Source: Klebsormidium nitens (taxonomy: Eukaryota; Plantae; Klebsormidiophyceae). Taken from it: a stretch of 64,000 nucleotides of DNA. The stretch lies in the NCBI GenBank assembly GCA_000708835.1, contig DF237087.1:104016-168015 (forward strand), read 5' to 3'. This document shows, one piece after another, positions 11,178 to 22,900 of this stretch (positions within the stretch are counted from its first letter, which is position 1; each line of letters opens with the position of its first letter). The notes beneath the pieces are model-generated. The model was not told where the DNA came from. It was given only the letters and a program-made list of their open reading frames with translations, and did no database searches. Position numbers and translations under genes: made by a program.

Positions 11178-14100
11178 ATGGCAAGAGGCCGCCCTCATGG
11201 CCGGTCCAAGTCTGACCACAGAGTTTGTCAGGCAGCCCGACATGCGCTAGCNNNNNNNNNNNNNNNNNNNNNNNNNNNNNNNNNNNNNNNNNNNNNNNNN
11301 NNNNNNNNNNNNNNNNNNNNNNNNNNNNNNNNNNNNNNNNNNNNNNNNNNNNNNNNNNNNNNNNNNNNNNNNNNNNNNNNNNNNNNNNNNNNNNNNNNNN
11401 NNNNNNNNNNNNNNNNNNNNNNNNNNNNNNNNNNNNNNNNNNNNNNNNNNNNNNNNNNNNNNNNNNNNNNNNNNNNNNNNNNNNNNNNNNNNNNNNNNNN
11501 NNNNNNNNNNNNNNNNNNNNNNNNNNNNNNNNNNNNNNNNNNNNNNNNNNNNNNNNNNNNNNNNNNNNNNNNNNNNNNNNNNNNNNNNNNNNNNNNNNNN
11601 NNNNNNNNNNNNNNNNNNNNNNNCTGCAGGAGGCGCGGATTGCGGCGGTTAACGTAGAGTGCAACGTGGAAGATGCCCCTCGTAGGCAGCGGGGCCAGAA
11701 GTCTAAGGATCTACAGACCAAGGCATCAGCTGCTCGGGTGTCAGCACAGGGCCATTCTTCCAAGGCAACTGGCAGTGGGAAAAAGAAAGTAAACAAGCGA
11801 TTGGAACATGCGCATGGCAAAGCTGCACAAAGCGGTGAGTTTCTGGTGCATGGCTTCTGGGTTGAATGCTTGGAGTTATGAGGCGGACGCAAAGCAGAAG
11901 CTGGGACGTATTGGTGTGTAAGATAGAAAGGTGAGGGGTGGGTGGCCTTGCAATGTGTACCAAGAAGAGCATGTCTGTTCTTGGTAATGGAAAGGAACGA
12001 AGTTGGTACACACTACTTTCGGTAGCGCGGTCAGAATGGTTTAAGGGTGGCTGGCTCTGCAGTTACTCATAAGATTCTGAGGAGTCTTAGCGGGCATGTT
12101 TGTCCCTGGGACGTACCAGACTTTGCCTCTTTCTCTTTAGGAATAAGAAGCTAATTCTTGGTACATACTGTCATCACAAAGTTCTAAGCAATCTTAGCGG
12201 GAATGGCCGTCCCTGGGATGTACCAGACTTTGCCTCTTTCTCTTTTGAGTATAAGAGGCTGATTCTTGGTACATGCTGGCAATTACAAACCTCCAGCCCC
12301 ACTGCCAGAAGAAAGAGGCATGACTGCAAAAGGCAGGGGCACCCACCAAGTTCTGCATTCATCTCCAAGTTTAGACTCCAGGTTCAACACCCAACCTCTG
12401 CGATTCTTCATTGCAGACTTGCATAGCCTGTACTGCAACGCGTGCGGCGCTCCCGCAGAGTTCGGGCTGCGAGGAAGCAAGGAGGGGGGAAGCGTCAAGT
12501 ACTCGTGCAGAGCGCACACCACGTCGAGTGGTTGCTTTCGAGTCGACCGAGACCGCGCAGGTGAGAGCATTCGGGGAGCCTGCTGTTGACATGGTTTAAC
12601 TTTCATACAACGTTCATAACTGCTCTCCCATTGGTGAGCAGTGAGCCTTTAGAAAAGACTGTCGAGAGCTTTACATGCTCTGTATGCTCCTGCAGCATGG
12701 GCAGAGGACCGAGAGATGCGCCGCCTGAGAGCACAGGAGAGGAGGTTGGAAGAAGAGCTGCGGAACCTGGGAGGGCCCTCCTTCACTGCAAAACCGCCAT
12801 ATGGTAAGCATGCGGCGCAATATCACCCAATCATTTGTGCTCTTATACAAAGCCGGTGGGCAGTGAGCTCACTGTCATACCTCTGGTGCATTTTGCATCT
12901 TCTGCTGTGCCTTGACCCGTTATTCAATGGTGATGGCAATCAATGGTGATGGCAACTTAACGCTTCACTGTTTACTTCTGCAGCTTCGGAAAAGTCCCAA
13001 AGTGTGGGGCCTCAGGCTTCAATGCCCATGAGCCGGTCGCTCATAGGTAAGGCGCTTCGGTTGCAGTTCTGCAACTGCAGTTCACTTGTACGGCTGTTGG
13101 GCTCGCTCTGTATTGCAAGCGCTTGTAGCAGTTAAGCTAATCCTACTTTGACGGTTTTTTAGACAGACTTGGTGCTTTTCGCTCGTGCCGTGATCAGTCC
13201 AGCTTTCAGCATCTAGCGTTCCAATATGTTGTTCCTCACGTGCAGCTGCTCTTCTCATGATGGGTGGGATAGAGATCAACCCCGGCCCTACTGCAGACAA
13301 GGTGAGCCTGGACAGTGAGAAGCAGTTCAGGCGGGACCAGCACTGGTTGTACTCGAGCACCCAGTCGGGCCTCCGCTGTGTAAGCCTTCACCTTGGTAAG
13401 CGAGTTTGTTCAGGAAGATGACCTGTGGAGGGCGCCAAATAATTGGAACCAAACACGATTCCTGGTGTCCACTCGTGCAGGAGATAGAGATGGAAGTGTG
13501 CATCTGGAGGACGCCAGACTTCAATGCGATACCAAAGGGGGAGACAGAGGGGATCCCTACAGACATCAAACTGCTGCCAGACACTGCTGCTGAAGAAGAC
13601 CAGCGCCTGCACTTGCTGAACCAGTTTGGGGAAAAGGAGAGAGTCTTTGTGTGGGGTAGGCCCCTGCGCCCTGGGGGTGAGCCTGTCTTCCGGGAAGTCG
13701 AGCGGGCAAAGGCTTTGAAAGCCCCGCCACTGATGGAGCGGCTGACCCAGCGCCCCCAGATCAAAGTTGTCTCAGGTACGCATATATAAAAATAAAGGAT
13801 TCAAGTCGTGGTGTTGTTGTTCAGCATGTAGCGGCAGGAAAGCTGGGAGAAGATGGCATGGGAAGGGACATGGCTGATTGCCGGGTAGTATAGTTGCTTC
13901 TTTGTCGATCTTGCCGAGGACACTGGTGCATGCTAGGCATGGGGTGTTTCTAGCAGAAGCGGAGTTGCTCTGGAGCAGAAAGCGGTCTGCTGTGCAATTG
14001 TTGGCAGACCAGGTGCAACTCACGAGCATTTAGGTGCTTGTCAGCCGTCACTCTTATGCACTTTTCACTTGCTGGGGTTCTCAACGATCCAACCTCATTT

Positions 14101-17100
14101 GCTGCCTCAAGCATATATGCTGCGTCACCCTGCTCATGAAGCTCTTTGTTGTTGCAGGGGCTGGTCCATCAGCAGTTGGCGAATCCAGCAGTGGGGTGCA
14201 GGTGCGGGGGGAGCAGGTGGGTGAGTGCACCTCCTCCCAAAGTGCCTTTCTTGCCACCAACCAGTGATTGTGCAAACGTGGAATGCAAGTGGGCGCTCCC
14301 TATGGGCAAGCTGTGGTGAGCCATTGGACTAATATTCCATGGCTGTGGAGGTGGGCCACATGCAGGCCCCAGTTGGAGGGGATTTGTTCCAATGAAAATT
14401 GTGGTCCGAGGGTTTCGTTCTTTGTGTGGCCTGCATGATCTTTGTCATGTCAGCGTGCTCACCTGGTTGCACGTCCAACCCAAAGCCTGTTTGGCGATAA
14501 AGTGCTGTTACCTATCTTTGCTGTCGTAGATTGCGTCTTACCTCAAGAGTTGCTCAGCTTGTTGCCAACACGACTGCAGACGTCAAGTAGGACAACAACA
14601 CCTGCATATTCTGCAGACTCGGAGGAAGAAAGTTGCTTGTAATGGTGGCCTTGTCAACCGAAGCTGAGCAGCAGGATGCTTTTCACACTCATTTGCGAGA
14701 CATGCGGTTCATGAAAATCGGTTTCATGGGACAGGTCAGAGGGAGCTGGCTTTCGTTGACCCCTCAATGTCTCTTTTACAGGCCGGAAGGAGTACATTGG
14801 AAGCAGGACGGAGGGCATCAATAACAGAAGCAAGGAAGCCTACTCCTTGAGAACCAAGACTGTAGATGCGGTCATAGATGCAATGGACGAGCAGGGGGCT
14901 ATTCTAGTCAGAGCTCCGCCTCAGAGTGGAAAGACTTCGTTGCTTCAGCTGGTTGGGGACAAGCTGACTAATATGCAAAGCAAGGTCTACTACGTCTCGT
15001 TGGGGCAGTACGATCCGGCAGAACAGGACTCGTTCGAGAGAGTGTGGGCTGAGTACAATCCTGGCACCGTCTTCAACAACATCGTTGTCACTCCGCAAAC
15101 CTCCCCAGAGTCTAACAACAAGCCGGCCCCCCCACCCCAACCTGTGTACCTCCTTGTAGACGAAGCCCAGAAGGCCTTCCCCACTCTAGGACTGGCCCTG
15201 TTCAAGAAGCTAAAGGACATCCAGAGCGGGAGGTCCAAGAGCGGTTTGCGTATTCTACTAGTCTCGTGCTGGGGCAGCAAGAGGATCAAGGCAACGACCG
15301 CCGCTGGATCCGCGTTCTCTACCCCGGGCTCTTGGGACAATCAGACTACGATAGGACTTTGGTAAGCCGCTAACTCACGCACCTGTGATGGTGCTACTTG
15401 TAAGAACACGAGAAGTGAGGCGCCTCTTTGTCTCTGGAGCATGTTTAAGCTTCCTCTTTTCCTATCATGTTTCTCATTTGAGCTTGCAGGACAAGGAGAA
15501 GTGGCAAATGAGTTTTACTTCCTCTTAGCCTCGCAGGAGAAGGTGTTGAGCTGTTTGATTGTCTGTGCCGGAACGTCTAAGCACTTGCTAGTAGCCCACA
15601 CAAGTGACGATGAAGGACTTTCTCAACACAGACGTCTTTTGATTCTGTCAGGCGAGAGCCGGAGTCGAGCGGGCTGGACATAGCGCTCCAGTTCACGTTC
15701 GACGAAGCACAGGAGTACTGGGCGGGCTGGTTAGCTGCCAATGGTTGGAGCGGGTATGCAGCGGATTCGGAGCGCAACTACCTCTTTGTCATAACTCAGC
15801 GTCAGCCTGGCGCACTCTCGCTCCTCCTGGACCGCATCAAGGACCTGGGCCTCCAACCCTCACGAGCCACTGAAACCGAGTGGCATGAGAAAGTGCGGGC
15901 TTGGCTGCTGAGCGAGAACCTCATCAAGGCGGTCGCTGACTTGCGCAGTATGAGCATGTAAGTAGCAGTCCAACAAGCAAGAGCCTGGCTTGCTACACCT
16001 ACTGCTTGGGTATCCCCCCGAGCGCCTCTTGCGTATCACAAAGTTTCCTTAGCTGTTCACCTGCCAATCATCCACTAAGGAACATCGGTTTCTACATTCA
16101 TTTTGTGTACCATCTGACACCCGCCAATTTGATCGAGTAGCTGAAGGCTCACATTCATTGAGACTCGTCCGGTGTATTCTCGCAGGTTAGCGGATGCCTT
16201 TGATCAAGGCATCACCGGTGCTGTCCCTGGGTCTGCCGATGTTCCAGCAGTTGCTGTGAAGGACCTCGTACGGAAGTTGCTGCACGGGGGTGAATTGAAG
16301 GTGATTGTGTTGCAACTGACAGGTAGTTTCCACTGTGTGGAATGCGCTTTGATGCATCAGCAGCCAGGATGCGCTTCCTGTGAAGTTTGCCGCCTGTTTC
16401 ACAATTCTACGTGTTGGTCGGCCAAGCTTGCAGATCGCTGAAGCCGCAGGATTTCGCAGAGTTTCGACAAAGATAGCATCAATCATCGTGATGCTCGTGC
16501 ACTACTCTCTGCACGAGTGAGAAAGTGGATGCACATATCCAAATGAGGTCGCTTTGTTACCAACTTCCTCGTTATGCCGATCTCAGAGTAAGTTGACTTG
16601 GCCTCTACTTCCATGCAGGTCCACTCCAGTCAGCTCGTTCGGTTTGCAGACGAGTATGATGCTGCATTGACGCTGACAAGATTAGGGCAGCTGATCCTAG
16701 AACAGGAGTTCTTCTATCTGCCCTCCATCCTCCACATGCGGTATATGACCCGCCAGTTATATCTGGGCCGTAACCAGGACGCACATGCTATTCTCGAGGC
16801 GGGCATTTTTGAGTTCGTCGTGGTAGTGGTGGAGCGGCTTGATCCTGTCCAATTGAGGAAGTCGGAGTCTCGTCATTCTGCCGAGAGCGCCCTGTATGAG
16901 CGACAGTTCCAGAACTCCTTTTATCAGTGAGTATTCCTGGCACTAGTGGTCTTCATGTTTTTGAGATTGTCGCAAGTCGTTTGCAAGGGCGACCCTTTTG
17001 CTGCATCTGAGAAGCAATCAAACCATTGCTTGTTTGCTTGCTTTTCATTAGGGCCTCAGTGCTTCTTGAGAGAAGGTAACGTACCTTTCTGCAAGTGCGA

Positions 17101-17856
17101 GAGTTTGAGAGAGTCCATGCAGATCCAGATTCTCTCTAGCCCTGATGGATCAATGAGTGTCTCATCAAGCATCCTTGCGGTGTTTGTCGACACGGAGCTC
17201 CATGTTTCTGCAGGGCCGCTATGAGCTACCTACCCCACGATGCGATTCTCTCACCTGATGTCGGGTACCTATATGGAGCCGAAGGCTACCTTGATTTCTT
17301 GCTGGGGCACCCGTTTGCATGGGGATTTGAACTTCTACGAGAAGGTGATAGGCGGCGGGAGCACCTGGCAAGGTAAGTGGCGTGCAGTATGGGCTGTCTG
17401 ATGCACTTGACTTGGTTTTAAGTATAATTTGTTTCGTTTGACGGTGTCTTTGTCGAAGCTGTCCAGATTTCATCACTGCAATTCGCCAGAGAAGACTTCT
17501 TGCCATGAGAGTCCTACTCATTGAGAACGTCTCTGAAGACACATGTTCTGATCAACACTAGCCTTTTGTTTGAGCCATGTGTGTGATTAATCTACAAGTT
17601 GCTTGTCTGGATAGTAATTTGAGCTCAAGCGAGTTGTATGGTTCGCAGGTTTGCTTCTGGAGGGAAGTACTTTCCACTCCTCAATGCCAACGCCGTTAAG
17701 CAATGGGTAGTGTTGGATTTCTGCTGGAAGAGAGGCGCTTTTCCTCCAGAGATCCCACACGGCTTTGTGCACGTTTCATTTTCGGACAACTTCACACAAG
17801 CTGTTGTAACAGCTAGCGACAAGCAGAAGATCGTTGAGTTGAGAGGCCTTAGATAA
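11178..17856 (+). CDS. Header gene A: header + Zn knuckle + 2A-like motif + Crinkler-type P-loop NTPase + REase-fold nuclease (first exon crosses an N gap)
   Basis: Phase-compatible exon chain after the gap: ..-11834, 12417-12560, 12696-12803, 12984-13046, 13246-13301/13379, 13481-13775, 14158-14220, 14782-15361, 15652-15957, 16186-16300, 16619-16926, 17214-17372, 17649-17856. Walker A RAPPQSGKTS, Walker B LLVDEAQ. C-terminus ERQFQNSFYQ..SPDVG..EGYLDF..WGFELLREG..GGKY..VLDF. Confidence 0.75.
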
Positions 17857-19934
17857 GTTTCGCTGATTTACATTGACTTCCGAAACTAAGAACGATCATA
17901 TGCCGCAAGGTCACTTGCCAGCATTTTCTTTGCATAAAAGCCATCCGTGGCAAGAGGATGTAGGAAGCTGCCCGATTGGGGATTTAAGCAGCCGACGGCC
18001 TCCAATTGGGACTTTGTTTGTGTGCCTTTGCAATACAGAGATCATGCATGCTTGTTCATGTTGCGAAGCTATCAAGGTTGCAAGCTTTGGTTGCAAAAAT
18101 GAAGCTGCGGGCTTAAAGCTGCATATTTTATGCATGGCCAGTTTAAGCCGGACACATACAAACCCGGAACGATCCGGCAAGAGTATTAGCCTACTTGAAG
18201 GGCGCCAGATCAGCCTCCAGGACCGTAAGGCACACATTTTTTTGTGGCACTGCATTGGAGTCAGAAGCCCTATCCATTGATGTAGGTTGCCTTACCTATC
18301 AAACACCAACCTAGAAACAAACCGCTATTTTGATTCTTTGTGAGTACCCGGAAAGGCAAGGAATCACCACAAGGATAACTGCTTACTGCATATGTTATAT
18401 CGGTACAGCTTCTCCCGATCAACCTGCTAGTTTTACTGTCATCTAATCTAGACTAATTTCACTCACAAACAGACTGACTAAGTTACACTATATTTTTCAC
18501 TAAAACTAGCAGGTTGCTCGGAACTATAGCTGTATGTATCCGTTCTCTCCAAAAAGAACAGACCGTACTCGTACTTCATCGCGAATGTTCTCAAATGCAG
18601 CGCGGTAAACGCGTAGTCGAGCGGGTTTTGGGTCAGTTTGGGGCTGTGGCTGTCCAGCCATTACCAAAGACTAAGTTCCGGTTCGACTGTACACTGTTAC
18701 CAGTGTGATAAGTGCAAACCGTAGGCTCTAGTTGCTCCGGCCTTGAGGCACGGTGGCACTTTTCATTATTCAGTCTTCAGTACCAGCTCGCAAATGGCCA
18801 CCAGCAGCCCCGGCACCTAGCTTTGGTGCCGCTTACGGCACCGTGCTGATGGTACTCAGCTCGCAATGGCACCTTTTGGTGCATTCATGGCACCCTGCAG
18901 CTGCCATCCACTTGGCTTTCTCTGCTTCTATGCTGACTCAATTGGCCAGGGACTTGAGTCAGCTGGCTTGCATGGAGCTTGACTCACCTGGCTTGGAGCT
19001 TCATTCAGCTAGTCTGGAGCATTTCTGCAAAGTTGCTAAACAGTGTATCTCCATACGTCCTCACGCTGTTAAGGGAAGAGAGGCTGCCCTCATCAGCCAG
19101 GGATTTATGGTGTGCAACCTTGTTTCAAATGCAAGTAAGTCTAATTCCGTAACGGCTGAGTTTGGGGACTAGCCTGAGTCGCTTGATCTTCATGGTACGG
19201 GTGCTCAACGAAATGTCACAGTCAATGCAGAGGGTTGAAGTTCAACAACAGCACTTGGTGAGTAGCATAGTGCTGCCGGCTGGAAAGCCGCACGATGCAG
19301 GGAAAAGAGTAATTTCCGTGAAACTTAGCAAAGTTCAGGCTTTCAAGCATCATTGCCTCCATTTTGGGGGACGCAGATCTCAGGGTTTTGTGCACTCTGT
19401 GGGTGTCAGAAGGGAGCAAAAGATTAGGGATAGCTGGTCCACATGAAGGCTCGTTCAAGCACGTGGTTTTGCATGAGGGCGCAGGTCAATACGCGCAAAG
19501 TTGAGCATCAAAAAGGCTATGTTGCTGCGTATTAGATCATGTGTGTCTTGGGGTCAGAAAAGCTGTTGTCTCTACATACTTGGGCAATATACAATGATGA
19601 TAAGCTGCGAGTCAGTTGTTGGGGACCCAATAGATCAAGTCAAAGATTGGGGGGTTTGAGCTGCCTAATTGCTGCTCAAGGCAGTGCACTCATTTAGATT
19701 TGGGCACCTCAGTTTTCTGGTCTCAGGTCGTTGGCAATCTCCTGAAGTGTCCCTCACAAAGACTGTCTGGATTTAAGGGTTATGATGTCAAATGCTTGAA
19801 GGACTTACATAGACATGGAGAATGGTTGAAAGACAGTAGCGTCAGATTCTTTGCATCAGTGATTGAACACAGTTCTTAAATTGAGTTTACTTTTTTCTTC
19901 ACTTCTTTGTGCTGCAGTTGGGTTCTCTTGGAAC

Positions 19935-22900
19935 ATGGCGAGGACTCGCCCCCCCGGAAGGACCAAGTCTGATCACTGGGTTCGTCAGGCGGCACGACAT
20001 GCGTGCCCCGCAGACGACAGAGACTGCATTACAATCAGCGCCGAGAAGCAGGAGGCTCTCATCGCTGCTGTCAACACGCGAGGCGAGGCTGAACCTACCC
20101 TGTGCCACCGGCGGCGCCAGGAGTTCGAGGGGGTGCAAGCTGCTTGTGGATCCTCGCCATTCCGTCCTGAGGGCGAGCCCATGCTGGGACATGCTCAAGT
20201 AGCTTCCAAGCGGCCCTCCCTCGAGGTGAGCGAGCTTTGACAGCTTCCGTGTTACGAGCTTTTGCTCGGTTTCTCCAAACTTCCTTGGGCTGCGGCCACC
20301 GGGCCAGAAAAGGAGCGGGCCGCCACAAAAGCTAGAGCCAGGCAACAACTGCAACAACTGGTCGCTTTGAGTCTGGTCTAAGTCAAGCCCCCCAAACAGG
20401 CCGAGTTGCATTGTGAAACAAATACGCAGTAAGTGACTGCCAGAGCCTCGAGCAGGTGATCTGCTTGGTTTAGGAAGCATTGAGTATAGAAAAGCCAATG
20501 CAAATTGACTGGCAGCCGCACCGGCATGTTTCTCCCGCAGCATCTTGCTCTTGTAACTGACAGCAGCGGCCAGATTATTTGCTTGGTTTGGGAGCTTCAA
20601 AAGTATAGAAGAGTTGGTGCAAATTGACTGCGGACATGCCCGCCAGTTTCAGACTTGATTCGGAACCATGTTTGTGAGGTCGATGATCACGGTACCTTCT
20701 TCTAACGCGAGGCTTCGATGCAGGACCCATCGCTCGACGCGTGTGCTGCTCAGGGCGTCAGTCCTACGCACTCCCCCCAAGCTGCCCTCGACAACTCGCA
20801 GGACGATGCCTTTAGCTTCTCTACAATCCGGGCGCTCGTGAGAGCCGCGCTGACCGGATCGCCGAATGATTCGAAGAGGGGCCAGCGCGTCTTTCGGAAG
20901 CATGCAGGAACGGTGTGCCGTCGCGCTCGGGAGGAGGCTGGCCCTGCCGGCCTTCTGTGGTCGAGAGCCGCTTGGGAGGGCAGCTTGCATGCAGCGAAGA
21001 CCGGCCTCGAGTGGCTGGCAGAAACGTCGGAAGTCGTTCTGCTGGACGGTTTCAAGGAGGTGCTGGCTGCGACAAAGAGGGCTCACCTTGAGGGGCTCGA
21101 GCAGCCAGCAAGTGCGTCCAGCAGGCCTAGGCATGCGGCAAGAGAGAAGACGGCTGGCATGGCTCGCTCCCCAGCTGGCAATCCTAGAAAGAGAGCGGCT
21201 CAGCGCTCTGCACGTTCACTTGGCAAACCCGCAGACCAAGGTGAGGAGAGCAGCCGATCTGCGAACTTGTCCTTCGTTCAGCTTTTGATTCTCTTCGTTC
21301 AAACCAAGTCTTGAAGTCTGGTCTGGAGAGCAGATGATGCTAGAATGCAGTAACCGGCTGTTTGCATGATCAGTCCTTGTGTCCTGGCGTCTGCTGGAAT
21401 TAGAGTCTGGACTAGCAAGAGTTATTGATGGCAGGTGCTTTGGCTTGACTTGGTGCGCTGGACGTTCCAAAGTGTCGAGCTTCGTAGCTTTTCTGGTGCC
21501 GCTGTGAGCCCCGCGTGCCCCAGTCTATTTGCCTGGCTTAGAAGCTCTAGAGTATAGAAGGCCAGGGCATATTGTCTTGCACCATGCCGCGTGTTTCCGG
21601 ACTTCCCGCTTTCAACTGATGGCGTGGACCAGTTTATTTGCCTGGCTTGGAAGCTCTGAAGTATAGATAAGCCAGTGCAAATTGTCTTGTAACTGATGGC
21701 GTGGACCACTTTATTTGCCTGGCTTGGAGACTCTAAGTATAGACAAGCCAGTGCATATTGTCTTGTAACTGAGTACGTTCGCATATTCCCCATTTGGAGT
21801 GCAGCCCATTGTTGGTACCAGTGTCGTTCTGTAGAATCAATCAAGGCCTTCTATTTAGTGAGTTACTCGACTGCCTCTAGCCTCTAACCCCACCGTTTGT
21901 GTTCTTCAGATGATCTGCATACTCTTCAATGTAACAAGTGTGGCGCCACTGCGGAGTTTGCTCTTCGGGGCAGCAAGGAAGGGGGGCAAGTCAAGTACTT
22001 TTGCGCAGAGCATGGCGGTTCCAACGGCTGTTTCCGCGTTGACAGGGACCGTGCAGGTAAGACCTGGCACGCACGGCTCAAGCATTTGGATCCTCTTCAT
22101 TGCGACGCAAGGCAGTGAAGTCTGCTGCAAAATTTGTCGCACTGTCCACAAACCCCCATATGACCCTTGAAAGTGATTGCGTCCCTGCCCTTGCAGCTTG
22201 GGCGCAGAACCAGGCTGATCTGCGCAAGTTGAGGGCAGAAGTAGCCAGGCTCGGAAAAGAGCTACGGCAAATGGGAGGGGGATCGCCCGCCCCTGAACAT
22301 ACCTGCAGCCAGTCAGGTGAGTGCACACTGGTCTTTCAGGCGGACGAGGCAGACTTGCATCAGTAGTATGCATCCTGGTGAACCGTCTCAGTGAATTGCA
22401 TCAGTTATTGGCGTAAGTGCATGAGTTGATGCGCCAACTGCATCATCAGTAAGTCGCACCACTGAACCGCATCACTTGCATCAGTCTCCATAAACTCCGT
22501 CAGTTGCCTGCATCAGCCATCAGCACTCTGAATCTGCACAGTAGCGCTGCATCAGTGCTTCTGCAAAGGGCTCCGTTTGAGAACATATTCGCCATGTCTC
22601 GTTTGATTCATTCTTCTGGATCAGGTGTCTAGCTCGGGTGCTGGCCATATGTCTCGTGTATTGCAGTCCATATGTCTCGTCTGTTGCAGATCTTTCCCGA
22701 TGTTGCACGCCTGCACGGTGTTCAAGTCTGATTGCTCCTCTCTTTTGCAGCATGCCACGAGCCCTGGCAAAGTGAACCGTACTGGGATACGTCGCCCAAA
22801 CCCAGATGCCTCTTAGGTGAGGCGCATTTCTCGCATCCCTAGCTCTGTCAAGTCGCATGCTGCAAATTCACTCTTCTTTGCCCTTCTCCGATTGTGATCC

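Noticed and set aside
11176-11892. Long ORFs containing X runs
   Set aside because: Artefacts of translating through an N gap; only the flanking header exon is supported.
14617-14733. Additional exon in gene A
   Set aside because: It needs phase 2, while the flanking exons join directly in phase 1; left out of the model.
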